Assembly (NCBI GenBank): GCA_963662715.1
Contig: OY759724.1
Location: 90,001 to 122,000, forward strand
Length of the DNA: 32,000 nucleotides
Source of the DNA: Candidatus Omnitrophota bacterium
GTDB taxonomy: Bacteria; Omnitrophota; Gorgyraeia; Zapsychrales; JANLHA01
Direction of reading: 5' to 3'
The notes below the pieces were generated by a model. That model did no database searches. It was not told the DNA's origin and worked only from the letters and a program-made list of their open reading frames with translations. Of the stretch, positions 19,447 to 27,830 are shown in pieces (position 1 is the stretch's first letter; each line of letters begins with the position of its first letter). Position numbers and translations under genes: made by a program.

Positions 19447-20687
19447 TGTTCGGATCCTTTTCTCTTAATGATCATACAGGCATGATTCCCGCTGGGGCCG
19501 AAGTTATTGATAAGAATATGCTGCAGCCTTGCGGGCCGGAATGTATTAGCTACGATATCCACATCACACGCCGGGTCCGGGGTTAAGCAGTTTACCGTCG
19601 GGGGGATAAAATTATGGGCCAGCGCGCCCAAACTCGCCGCAACAGCCAGAGCCCCCGAGACACTGTAGCATTCCCCCACCATTGATTTTACGGCACTCAC
19701 CGGGATTTTCAAAGCATATTTTCCAAAGACTTCTTTGATGGCTTTGCATTCAATTTTGTCCGCGGCCTGGGTTGAATTGGCATTGGCGCAGATATAGTCA
19801 ATATCTCCCGGTTTCAAACGGGCCTCGTCAAGAGCGGATCGCATCGCTTTGACCATTCCTATTCCGCTGGGATTATACTTATTGATACGAAACGGGTCGA
19901 AATGATATCCAAAGGAAAGGACTTCCGCCAGGATCTCCGCGCCCCGCTGACAGGCATGGTCATAATCTTCCATCGCAAACAGGCATGCTCCTTCCCCAAA
20001 GGTGATGCCGTTTCTTCTTTGATCAAACGGACAATTCACAAAGTCCTGCCCTTCTTTCGAACCTGATAAAAACTGCAAAGCGTGAAATCCCATAAATGTG
20101 GGCCAGCACAATTCTTCAACGCCCCCACAAAAGACGATCTTGGCCCTTTCAAGTTGAATAAAATCGAACGCGTACTTCATGGCATCCAGGCTGGCCGTGA
20201 ACCCGGTGGATACCGTTGTATTAAAACCCTGAATATTATGCCAAATAGAAATCTGGCTGGCCGGGGAATTAATCACGGTGTTGGGAAACAGACCGGGATT
20301 CGTATAACGCGGCCCCTCTTTAAGAATGATAGTATCAAAATCAACAATGCTCTGCAGGCTCCCGAAAGTTGTTCCCAGGGCCACGCCCACATCATCGGTA
20401 TTATCAGAATCAATCTGCAAACCGCTGTCAGAGATGGCGCATTTCGCGGCAGAGATGACCAGTTTTGTACTGCGGTCAAGGTTCCTCAGCCCCTTAGGCC
20501 CCATGTACGCCTTGGCATTAAAATCCTTGACCTCCCCGGCTTGCTTAACTTTAAACGGCTCGGGATCAAACACCGTGACAGGCTTGTATCCAACAACACC
20601 CTGTTTAATGGCCTGCCAGTACTCTTCCCGTCCCTCGCCGTTAGAGGCAATGACGCCTAGACCTGTAATAACAATTTTCTTCTTCAT
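19443..20687 (-). CDS. Beta-ketoacyl-ACP synthase II (FabF)-fold protein lacking the Cys-His-His catalytic triad (predicted non-condensing pseudoenzyme or CLF-like subunit)
   Basis: 414 aa, colinear with FabF (KIVITGLG..., PFDQRRNGITFGEGA, KSMVG, NNFGPSG). Phe163 replaces the active-site Cys (TGFTAS vs TACxSG), Asn302 replaces His (CANANST vs NAHGTST) and Glu339 replaces His (KSMVGE vs KSMTGH). Confidence 0.85.
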   Translation of the reverse strand: MKKKIVITGLGVIASNGEGREEYWQAIKQGVVGYKPVTVFDPEPFKVKQAGEVKDFNAKAYMGPKGLRNLDRSTKLVISAAKCAISDSGLQIDSDNTDDVGVALGTTFGSLQSIVDFDTIILKEGPRYTNPGLFPNTVINSPASQISIWHNIQGFNTTVSTGFTASLDAMKYAFDFIQLERAKIVFCGGVEELCWPTFMGFHALQFLSGSKEGQDFVNCPFDQRRNGITFGEGACLFAMEDYDHACQRGAEILAEVLSFGYHFDPFRINKYNPSGIGMVKAMRSALDEARLKPGDIDYICANANSTQAADKIECKAIKEVFGKYALKIPVSAVKSMVGECYSVSGALAVAASLGALAHNFIPPTVNCLTPDPACDVDIVANTFRPARLQHILINNFGPSGNHACMIIKRKGSEH

Positions 20688-20693
20688 AATAAT

Positions 20694-20721
20694 ATTATAC
20701 GGGATTCCGGGTTTATTTCAA
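20694..20721 (-). promoter_or_regulatory. Candidate internal promoter (TTGAAA-16 nt-TATAAT) positioned for a leaderless transcript of the FabF-like gene
   Basis: Minus strand: TTGAAA (20721-20716, overlapping the ribE stop), a 16-nt spacer, TATAAT (20699-20694), then ATTATT and ATG (20687). No Shine-Dalgarno sequence between them. Confidence 0.45.
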
Positions 20722-21312
20722 ATTGGCATATGAAAGATCATGCAAAATGTACTTGGCTAAAATATCTGTCTCAAGATTAACAATATCGCCTTTCCGGCTC
20801 TGTCCGAAAGTCGTAACATTTAACGTGTGCGGAATCAGGTATACACTGAAATACCTGCGGGTGACCCGGCCGATCGTTAAGCTCACGCCGTCAACCGTCA
20901 CGGAACCTTTAGGGGCTATATACCGCATAAGCTCCGGGCCTGCTTCAATACGGAACTCCACATAGTTCGGCAAAGTGACAATGGCCTGTATTGGCCCGAC
21001 ACCATCGACGTGCCCGGTGACAAAATGGCCGCCGATCCGGCTGCTCACTTTCAGGGATCTTTCCAAATTCACTTTGTCCCCCTTCCGGGCATTTTTTAAA
21101 TTCGTGGCGTCCAGGGTTTCTTTCATGAGGTCAAAAGTCAAAACGTCCTGCTTTTTCTCGGTCACCGTCAGGCAGATCCCGTTCACACAGATACTGTCTC
21201 CTATTTTTGTGCCCCCCAGGACTTTTCTGGCTTTGACCGACAACACAAACAGATTCTCTTTCTTGGTGACGTTTTGAATAAGACCGTATTCTTCAACTAT
21301 ACCGGAAAACAT
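20713..21312 (-). CDS. ribE: Riboflavin synthase (alpha chain)
   Basis: 199 aa. MFSGIVEEYG start, internally duplicated lumazine-binding repeats (GDSICVNGICLTV / GSVTVDGVSLTI). Confidence 0.92.
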   Translation of the reverse strand: MFSGIVEEYGLIQNVTKKENLFVLSVKARKVLGGTKIGDSICVNGICLTVTEKKQDVLTFDLMKETLDATNLKNARKGDKVNLERSLKVSSRIGGHFVTGHVDGVGPIQAIVTLPNYVEFRIEAGPELMRYIAPKGSVTVDGVSLTIGRVTRRYFSVYLIPHTLNVTTFGQSRKGDIVNLETDILAKYILHDLSYANLK

Positions 21313-21327
21313 GACACCGCTCCTTCG

Positions 21328-22428
21328 TTAATAATTCACCTGTGCTTTAATAAACATATCCTGCCCCGTCTTCTGCGAATCAAGGATATTAAGCCGGAGA
21401 CACCGGCAGATATCCCGGGGATGAAAGCCTGCGACGGGACTCCTGGCATTTTGGTCTCCCAGAATTTTCGGCGCGATAAAAATATACATGCGGTCAACCA
21501 GCTTCGCCTGCAAAGCCGAACCTATCACCCCGGCCCCGCCCTCGATTAAAAGACTGGCGATCTCTTTTTGCGCAAGATAGCTCATCAACCAGGCGAGGTC
21601 GACGCGGCCCTTATCGGACGGGCAGGAGATCACGGAGATGCCGTTCTTTTTGAAACGCCGCAGTTGAGCAATCTCCGCCGACTCTGTGGTGGCGACAAGG
21701 CAGTCTTCGGGAGGCGTCTCTTTGAACAGTTTCGAACTAAGCGGAATGCGCAAAGAGGAATCTAAAACAATCTTCTTAAGCCTTTTTCGTTTATCCGCGG
21801 GATGAAGGGAAGGGTCGTCTTTTAAGACCGTTTCGCATCCCACGCATATGGCGTCGAATTCATTCCTGAGTTTCCGGGCCAATCTCCTCGACTTCAAGGA
21901 TGTGATCCATTTAGAATCACCGGTAAAAGTGGCAATCTTGCCGTCTAAGGTTTGAGCCGTTTTCGCAACAACCCAGGGCCTCCGGAACCGGATATACTTA
22001 TTAAAAGCCGCATTAAGCTCCGTAAGTGACGCCTGCAGAAATCCAACCCGCACGGCTATCCCGGCCCGCCTTAATTTGCGGATGGACTTCCCGTGAGTTT
22101 CCGGATTAGGATCTTTTACTCCGACAACAACCTCTTTGATGCCGCGGGCGATAATCGCATCGACACACGGAGGGGTTCGCCCCTGCCGGAAACACGGTTC
22201 CAAAGTAACATACAGCTTAGCTCCCTGCGCCGCTGCCCCGGCCTGCTGTAAAGCATAAATTTCGGCGTGAGGACCGCCGCAGCGTTTATGCCAGCCCCGG
22301 CCGATAACACGGCCCCCTTTGACCAAAACTGCCCCGACCATCGGGTTGGGAGACGTTTTACCCCTCCCTTTTACGGCCAGATCATAGGCAAGCTGCATAT
22401 AAGCTTCATCTCTCATAGGATATGACAT
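21328..22428 (-). CDS. ribD: Bifunctional diaminohydroxyphosphoribosylaminopyrimidine deaminase / 5-amino-6-(5-phosphoribosylamino)uracil reductase RibD
   Basis: 366 aa. Deaminase zinc motifs HAEIYAL and PCFRQGRTPPC, and a C-terminal reductase domain (TLDGKIA, LIEGGAGV). Confidence 0.92.
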   Translation of the reverse strand: MSYPMRDEAYMQLAYDLAVKGRGKTSPNPMVGAVLVKGGRVIGRGWHKRCGGPHAEIYALQQAGAAAQGAKLYVTLEPCFRQGRTPPCVDAIIARGIKEVVVGVKDPNPETHGKSIRKLRRAGIAVRVGFLQASLTELNAAFNKYIRFRRPWVVAKTAQTLDGKIATFTGDSKWITSLKSRRLARKLRNEFDAICVGCETVLKDDPSLHPADKRKRLKKIVLDSSLRIPLSSKLFKETPPEDCLVATTESAEIAQLRRFKKNGISVISCPSDKGRVDLAWLMSYLAQKEIASLLIEGGAGVIGSALQAKLVDRMYIFIAPKILGDQNARSPVAGFHPRDICRCLRLNILDSQKTGQDMFIKAQVNY

Positions 22429-23256
22429 TTACCGGTGTTTCAATCTGTTTTTCATTTGTTCAACCAGATCGTAAGGAATGGCGACCTTCCCGATATAGGT
22501 GTGCCATTTATGATCACCGTGAGCGTCTGAGCCTCCGGTCGTGAGCAATTGATATTTCTCAGCCTTCTTTTCATAGTATTGCCGTATGGTTTCATGGGTA
22601 TGCGGGTAATAGACTTCCAAGCCGTCCAAACCGGCTTTTGCAAAACGGGGGATAAGGTGGTCGACATTCGTCACCATCGGGTGCGCCAGGACAGCCAGCC
22701 CCCCGGCCTGATGAATGAGGTCAATCGCTTCCCGTCCGCTTAACCGGCTCTTCTTCTCGTATGCCGGGGCCCCTTGTCCCAAATACTTCCCGAACGCCTC
22801 TCTATGGTCAGACACCCATCCTTTCCGGATTAAAAGCTGCGCTAAATGCAGGCGGCCTACAACATTGGCCTGTGTCTGCTCGGCGACTTCCTCATAACAA
22901 ATATCCCTAATCCCTAAACCAGCCAACTTTTCAATCATCCGGTAAATTCTTTCCACCCGGACAGACTGAAAGCCTTTAAGGGCCGTCAGCAATGCTGGAT
23001 CGCTCTTATCAATAAAATACCCCAGGATATGGATATCTCGGTTCTGCTCTTCACAGGACAACTCGACCCCCGGGATAATTTCAACGCCATAATGCGGGGC
23101 CAAGTCTTCGATGGGTTGGATGCCCTCAACGGTATCATGATCCGTCACAGCAATGCAGGTCACCCGCGCCTCGCAGGCCCTTTGAACCACGTCTTCCGGA
23201 GTTAATGTGCTGTCTGAATAATGTGTATGAATATGAAGGTCAGCGGAACGGATCAC
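22429..23256 (-). CDS. PHP-domain metal-dependent phosphoesterase (TrpH/YciV-like, COG0613-type)
   Basis: 275 aa. DLHIHTHYSDS, VTDHDT, AHP and GSDAHG histidine/aspartate motifs of the PHP fold. GTG start that overlaps the nusB stop (GTGA), and its TAA stop abuts the ribD ATG. Confidence 0.8.
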   Translation of the reverse strand: MIRSADLHIHTHYSDSTLTPEDVVQRACEARVTCIAVTDHDTVEGIQPIEDLAPHYGVEIIPGVELSCEEQNRDIHILGYFIDKSDPALLTALKGFQSVRVERIYRMIEKLAGLGIRDICYEEVAEQTQANVVGRLHLAQLLIRKGWVSDHREAFGKYLGQGAPAYEKKSRLSGREAIDLIHQAGGLAVLAHPMVTNVDHLIPRFAKAGLDGLEVYYPHTHETIRQYYEKKAEKYQLLTTGGSDAHGDHKWHTYIGKVAIPYDLVEQMKNRLKHR

Positions 23257-23711
23257 TTCTGCTCTTTTAAGAGAACGACTTCTGTTTTATGAATTTTATC
23301 CAAAATACCGTTAACAAATTTGCTGGACTCCAGATCTCCGAACTTCTTGGCCAGCTCAACAGCTTCGTTGATCGTAACTTTGGGAGGGATATCAGGGGCA
23401 TAAAAAAACTCATAGACTCCCAGGCGGAGAATATTCCTGTCAATTGTCGCCATGCGTTTTAACTGCCAGTTCGTGGCATAATGGGCAATCTTCTTATCAA
23501 TCGTCGCCAGTTCCCTGTTAACGCCGAAAACGAGACGGTTGGCGAATTCCTTGATTTCAGCATGAACCCCTTCGGTCTCCTCCCAGAACTGTCTGACTTT
23601 TTGCTCAACAGCAAGAGCCGTCACATCTTTCTGGTAAAGGATAATCAGGGCGTATTCCCTTGCCAAAGATCTTTTCCGCATATTGGTTTTAGCTGAGGTG
23701 TCGTCTGTCAT
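23253..23711 (-). CDS. nusB: Transcription antitermination factor NusB
   Basis: 152 aa. RSLAREYALIILYQ... and INEAVELAKKFG...FVNGILDK are typical of NusB. The classic ribH-nusB adjacency is present. Confidence 0.9.
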   Translation of the reverse strand: MTDDTSAKTNMRKRSLAREYALIILYQKDVTALAVEQKVRQFWEETEGVHAEIKEFANRLVFGVNRELATIDKKIAHYATNWQLKRMATIDRNILRLGVYEFFYAPDIPPKVTINEAVELAKKFGDLESSKFVNGILDKIHKTEVVLLKEQK

Positions 23712-24175
23712 ATCTTCACTAATGTTTGTACCATGTCAATAGCGGCGGTTGCCGCTTCACGGCCTTTATGCTCCCCTTTGTCCTGCGAGCGTTTGTACGC
23801 CTGATTGATCGTGTCTGTGGTAATAACACCAAAAATAACCGGTTTTCCGCTCAGAAGAGCGACTTGCCCGATTCCCTGAGCAGCTGCTTGAGACACTAAT
23901 TCAAAATGATATGTTTCCCCGCGGATGACCGCGCCTAAACAGATAACGGCTGCGGTTGATTGCCTGCGGGCGGCTTTTAAAGCGGCCAAAGGGATCTCAA
24001 ACGCTCCCGGGACCCAAAAAATACGGATGGCGTTCTTACGGATTCCCTGCTTCAACAACTCTTCAACACATCCGTCCAGTAACCGCTGGGTGATGATCTC
24101 GTTGAATCTTGACACTATAATAACATAATTTTTCTTTACCGTAGCCATGTTTATGATAATTGCCTGTTTGCTCAA
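23708..24175 (-). CDS. ribH: 6,7-dimethyl-8-ribityllumazine synthase
   Basis: 155 aa. IVSRFNEIITQRLLDG, VPGAFEIP, GAVIRGETYHFE. The start could be the internal Met10. Confidence 0.92.
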   Translation of the reverse strand: MSKQAIIINMATVKKNYVIIVSRFNEIITQRLLDGCVEELLKQGIRKNAIRIFWVPGAFEIPLAALKAARRQSTAAVICLGAVIRGETYHFELVSQAAAQGIGQVALLSGKPVIFGVITTDTINQAYKRSQDKGEHKGREAATAAIDMVQTLVKI

Positions 24176-24194
24176 ATCCGGCCTTTTTTAATAT

Positions 24195-25427
24195 CTAAAG
24201 CAGGTGTCCCAGTTTTTCCTTTTTTGTTTTAAGATAATTCTTGTTGATAGCGGTATGCGGGACTTTTAAAGGCACCCTTTCAACCACTGTCAGGCCATAT
24301 CCTTCAAACCCGACAATCTTACGCGGGTTATTCGTTAAAAGGCGTATTTGCTTTACGCCCAAATCAACGAGAATCTGAGCTCCGATGCCATAATCCCGCA
24401 AATCCGGGGCAAACCCCAGGGCCTCATTGGCTTCAACGGTATCCATGCCTTCGTCTTGCAGTTTATAGGCTTTAATTTTATTAATCAGCCCAATGCCGCG
24501 CCCCTCCTGCCGCATGTACAGCAGAATCCCGGAGCCGTTCTCACTGATCACCTTCATCGCATTATGAAGCTGGGCATTACAATCGCAGCGAAGCGATCCA
24601 AAGACATCTCCGGTCAGGCATTCCGATTGAACCCTCACCAACTGCGGGACAGACACGTCAATCTCTCCCATCACCAAAGCGATGTGCGCTTCCTTGTCCA
24701 ATTTTGATTCATACCCAAAAAGACTGAACGTCCCGAATTCTGTCGGCAAAGTCGCCTCCACACTTCTGGAAATCAGCTGTTCATAACGTCTCCGGTATTC
24801 GATCAGGCTGGCGATAGAGCAGATCTTTATCGAATGCTTCTGCGCAAAGTCAACCAATTCTTTCGTGCGGGCCATTGTTCCGTCTTCATTCATAATCTCA
24901 CAAATAACACCTGCCGGGAACAATCCGGATATCTTCATCAAGTCCACGGAGGCCTCTGTATGTCCGGCACGGACAAGAACGCCTCCTCTGCGGGCCCGCA
25001 AAGGGAACAAATGCCCCGGAGTCTCCAAATCCGAAGGTGTCGATTTAGGATCAATCAAGACTTTAATGGTGTGCGCCCGGTCAAAAGCCGAAATCCCCGT
25101 CGTAACGCCTTTAGCGGCATCCACGGATATGGCCCATCCCGTATTGCTGAGTTGATGCTGGTGATGCGAAAGGATATTGTCCTTCATCGGATGCAATCCT
25201 AATTCATCCAATCTGGTCTCTTCCATGGGAACACATATTAATCCACGGGCATATTTAGCCATAAAATTGATCTTTTCCGGAGAAATAAATTGCGCAGCAC
25301 AAAGGAGGTCTCCTTCATTCTCCCGTCCTTCATCATCCATAACCACGACCATTTTTCCTGCCCGAAGATCTTTAATAACTTCATCAATTGAATTAAACAT
25401 GTTCCCTTCCTCTTTCATAATTGCCAT
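24195..25427 (-). CDS. ribBA: Bifunctional 3,4-dihydroxy-2-butanone-4-phosphate synthase / GTP cyclohydrolase II
   Basis: 410 aa. DHBP synthase part ([18 protein letters not shown]) and GCH II part ([25 protein letters not shown]). Met10 (ATG 25400), preceded by GAGGAAGGG, is the more likely start. Confidence 0.92.
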   Translation of the reverse strand: MAIMKEEGNMFNSIDEVIKDLRAGKMVVVMDDEGRENEGDLLCAAQFISPEKINFMAKYARGLICVPMEETRLDELGLHPMKDNILSHHQHQLSNTGWAISVDAAKGVTTGISAFDRAHTIKVLIDPKSTPSDLETPGHLFPLRARRGGVLVRAGHTEASVDLMKISGLFPAGVICEIMNEDGTMARTKELVDFAQKHSIKICSIASLIEYRRRYEQLISRSVEATLPTEFGTFSLFGYESKLDKEAHIALVMGEIDVSVPQLVRVQSECLTGDVFGSLRCDCNAQLHNAMKVISENGSGILLYMRQEGRGIGLINKIKAYKLQDEGMDTVEANEALGFAPDLRDYGIGAQILVDLGVKQIRLLTNNPRKIVGFEGYGLTVVERVPLKVPHTAINKNYLKTKKEKLGHLL

Positions 25428-25457
25428 TTAGAATTTAACTCTATTCTCTCTAAGGAT

Positions 25458-25486
25458 AAAAAAAATCCCGAGAGTTCGCTCGGGAT
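25458..25486 (-). terminator. Leader (attenuator) terminator upstream of ribBA
   Basis: Minus-strand RNA AUCCCGAG-CGAACU-CUCGGGAU (perfect 8-bp stem) followed by U8, 30 nt before the ribBA ORF. This is the expected position for a riboswitch expression platform. Confidence 0.8.
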
Positions 25487-25534
25487 GGCACTTAATGATA
25501 TACATCAACCTTATCTAATATGGCTCATCATTAT

Positions 25535-25755
25535 GGCTCTCTCTCCTCTAGGCTGTCACATTTAATAACATAACATATTAAATGTGTCCGCAGCAGCGCG
25601 GAACTATTGGCTCAAGACTTGCCCTTGAAAGGACTCACTTGATCTGCCTCTTATTAGAGGCTCGTAGGCTTACCAAACAGTTATGGTTGGATCACTACCA
25701 GCTGGGACTTGCACCCCCCTGTACTTCTTCTGTACAGTTATCCCGAAAGCTTCCC
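25535..25755 (-). promoter_or_regulatory. FMN (RFN-element) riboswitch-like aptamer with insertions
   Basis: Minus-strand motifs in order: CUUUCGGG, GGGUGCAAGUCCC, CUGGUAGU, AGCCUACGAGCC, GCCUCU-AAUA-AGAGGC, GAUCAAG...CUUGAGCCAAUAGU, GGAGAGAGAGC. Compare the FMN consensus CUUCGGGG, GGGUGAAAUUCCC, CCGGCGGU, AGCCCGCGAGCC, GAU-stem-GCCGACAGU, GGAUGGGAGAAG. The UAG:CUA pair replaces CGG:CCG, which is compensatory. About 80 nt longer than typical aptamers. Not verified with a covariance model. Confidence 0.6.
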
Positions 25756-25758
25756 AAT

Positions 25759-25787
25759 AATATATTCTAAAACAGTCTGGCTGTCAA
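25759..25787 (-). promoter_or_regulatory. Sigma70-type promoter of the riboflavin operon (TTGACA-17 nt-TATATT)
   Basis: Minus strand: TTGACA (25787-25782), a 17-nt spacer, then TATATT (25764-25759), directly upstream of the riboswitch-like leader. Confidence 0.6.
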
Positions 25788-25816
25788 GTATTTAGTAAAA
25801 TTGCGGGGATAAAAAT

Positions 25817-27172
25817 TCACCTTCTCCTTCGGACGGCGTTCAGCAAAGCTTTTATTCTGGGGCTCAATTTCACGGGATAATCTTTCTTTTTCTTCAATAA
25901 CCGGCAGGAACGCGGCACTTGCTCCAACTTGTTCAAAACAAAAGACCGGATTTCAGAAGTCAAAGGCAGAGACGGCAACAACCGCCCCTGCCGCATGACC
26001 GGAGCAAGCAGCGGACGGGCGTCTTTTATCGCAGGTTCCGAAGCTAAAGCAATATCATCCTGGACCATCATCCCTTTTGAATTAAAGTGCCGGTAGACTT
26101 GTTTCCTGCCGGGGACCGTGTGTTTGCCCCGGCTCAATTTGGCCGTATAAGACACCCTGCCGCCGGGGGATTCTATCTGCACTAATTTATAAGTCAAATC
26201 CAGCGAAGGCGCGTCTCCGGAAACAACCATCTCCGTCCCGACCCCGAAAAAGTCGATCGGGGCCTGCTTGTGCACCAGTTCTTCAATTTTATACTCGTCC
26301 AAATTTCCGCTGCCAATGATTTTCACATCTTTAAGTCCGTTACGGTCCAAAACTTTCCGCACTTTTTGACTTAAGCCCAGCAGATCCCCGCTGTCAATCC
26401 TGACGCCCCTCACAGGCTTTTTTAAACCGACCACTTTCTTGGCCGCGTTCAAGGTATCGTAAGTGTCAATCAAGAAGATCGCGTGATCAGGAAAAACCTT
26501 CTGATATTTCCTAAAAGCAATCTCCTCTTTTTCATAAGCCTGAACCCAGGAATGCGCCATTGTGCCCAGAACAGGGATGCCATATTTCCGGCCGGCATAA
26601 ACGTTTGATGTCCCCATACAGCCCCCGACAAAAGCGGCTCTGGCCGCCAACACTCCTGCGGCAGGACCATGCGCCCTGCGGGATCCGAAATCAACAACCT
26701 GGCGTTGACGCCCATCCAAGCGTGAAGCGCTCACAACACGGACCGCCTTGCTGGCAACGCAGGTCTGAATATTAATCATGGACAAAAGATAGGTTTCCAG
26801 GATTTGGGCCTCAATAACCGGAGCCTCAACCTGTAAAATGGGTTCATTGGCAAAGCAAATTTCCCCCTCCGGCATGGCCCAGACATTTCCGGAAAATTTA
26901 AAAAACTTCAGATAATCGAAAAACAGCTCGGAGACATTTGAAAAAGCAGGATGAGATTTGAGATAACGAATATCCTGACGGGAAAACCGCAAATTCAATA
27001 TATAATTCACAACTTCTTCTAATCCACAAGCCACAAGAAATGAGCGCTGCTGGGGGAGTGTGTGGCAGTACAGCTCAAAAGTGGCTTTCCGGGCAAAATG
27101 ATTCTCAAAATAACCCGCCGCCATGGTCAGCTCGTAAAAATCTGTCATTAAAGCCGGGCTGTTTCTTATCAT
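25817..27172 (-). CDS. pncB: Nicotinate phosphoribosyltransferase
   Basis: 451 aa. LMTDFYELTMAAGYF start, GTMAHSWVQ, and FGVGT motifs typical of NAPRTase. 4-nt overlap with the upstream pncA. Confidence 0.88.
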   Translation of the reverse strand: MIRNSPALMTDFYELTMAAGYFENHFARKATFELYCHTLPQQRSFLVACGLEEVVNYILNLRFSRQDIRYLKSHPAFSNVSELFFDYLKFFKFSGNVWAMPEGEICFANEPILQVEAPVIEAQILETYLLSMINIQTCVASKAVRVVSASRLDGRQRQVVDFGSRRAHGPAAGVLAARAAFVGGCMGTSNVYAGRKYGIPVLGTMAHSWVQAYEKEEIAFRKYQKVFPDHAIFLIDTYDTLNAAKKVVGLKKPVRGVRIDSGDLLGLSQKVRKVLDRNGLKDVKIIGSGNLDEYKIEELVHKQAPIDFFGVGTEMVVSGDAPSLDLTYKLVQIESPGGRVSYTAKLSRGKHTVPGRKQVYRHFNSKGMMVQDDIALASEPAIKDARPLLAPVMRQGRLLPSLPLTSEIRSFVLNKLEQVPRSCRLLKKKKDYPVKLSPRIKALLNAVRRRR

Positions 27173-27768
27173 ATCTGGTTCTTTCCAAACGGCAGCTGCG
27201 TCAGTGTGATCAACTGCGCACCTGCCTTCCGCATCTCTTCCATGGCTTTATCCGAATCACCCGGATGAATATCAACCCCTCTAATAGCATCTGTCAGCAG
27301 AAACACCTGCCAGTCATTATGAAGGGCGTCCAGACAAGATGCTTTCACACAATAATCCGTCGCCAAGCCGCCGATGTAAAGATCCTCAACACGGTTCTCC
27401 TGTAAAATCCGCCTTAGACTGCGGCCCTGCTCATCCCGGCCCTGAAACGCAGAATAACTGTCTTGATCGGGCTCCATGCCCTTAGAAATGATAACAGCGC
27501 TGTCCGGAAGCCGGAGGTCAGCATGGAACTGCCCGCCTGCGGTATTTTGCACACAATGAACCGGCCAAAGCCCTCCGCAGGATTTGAAATGTTTTGTTTC
27601 CGGAGGATGCCAATCCCGGGAAGCGATCACCAAAGAGTCTGATTGCGCAAATTCGGCCGTATACCGATTCAGGGGAGCAACAACTTTATCTCCATCCGGA
27701 ACCGGCAACGCGCCTCCCGGACAGAAGTCATTTTGGACATCCACAATAATCAAGGCTTTCTTGGGCAT
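27169..27768 (-). CDS. pncA: Nicotinamidase/pyrazinamidase (isochorismatase family)
   Basis: ALIIVDVQNDFCPGGAL, and a catalytic Cys in GGLATDYCV. I prefer Met37 of the tracked ORF (ATG 27768) because GGGAGG lies 9 nt upstream and a TTGTTA-17-TATAAT promoter sits inside the longer ORF. Confidence 0.85.
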   Translation of the reverse strand: MPKKALIIVDVQNDFCPGGALPVPDGDKVVAPLNRYTAEFAQSDSLVIASRDWHPPETKHFKSCGGLWPVHCVQNTAGGQFHADLRLPDSAVIISKGMEPDQDSYSAFQGRDEQGRSLRRILQENRVEDLYIGGLATDYCVKASCLDALHNDWQVFLLTDAIRGVDIHPGDSDKAMEEMRKAGAQLITLTQLPFGKNQI

Positions 27769-27801
27769 CAGCGGACACCTCCCTGTCGTGTTTTGCCGAC
27801 T

Positions 27802-27830
27802 ATTATATCCCAATAAAGAAAAAATAACAA
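27802..27830 (-). promoter_or_regulatory. Candidate promoter of pncA-pncB (TTGTTA-17 nt-TATAAT)
   Basis: Minus strand: TTGTTA (27830-27825), a 17-nt spacer, then TATAAT (27807-27802), 34 nt upstream of ATG 27768. Confidence 0.5.

Noticed and set aside
20082-20660. 192-aa plus-strand ORF antisense to the FabF-like gene. Similar long antisense ORFs occur at 5453-5944, 10093-10548, 15098-15571 and 24834-25202.
   Set aside because: All lie entirely within well-supported minus-strand genes. Their products are Arg/Pro/Gly-rich low-information translations typical of antisense frames, with no motifs.
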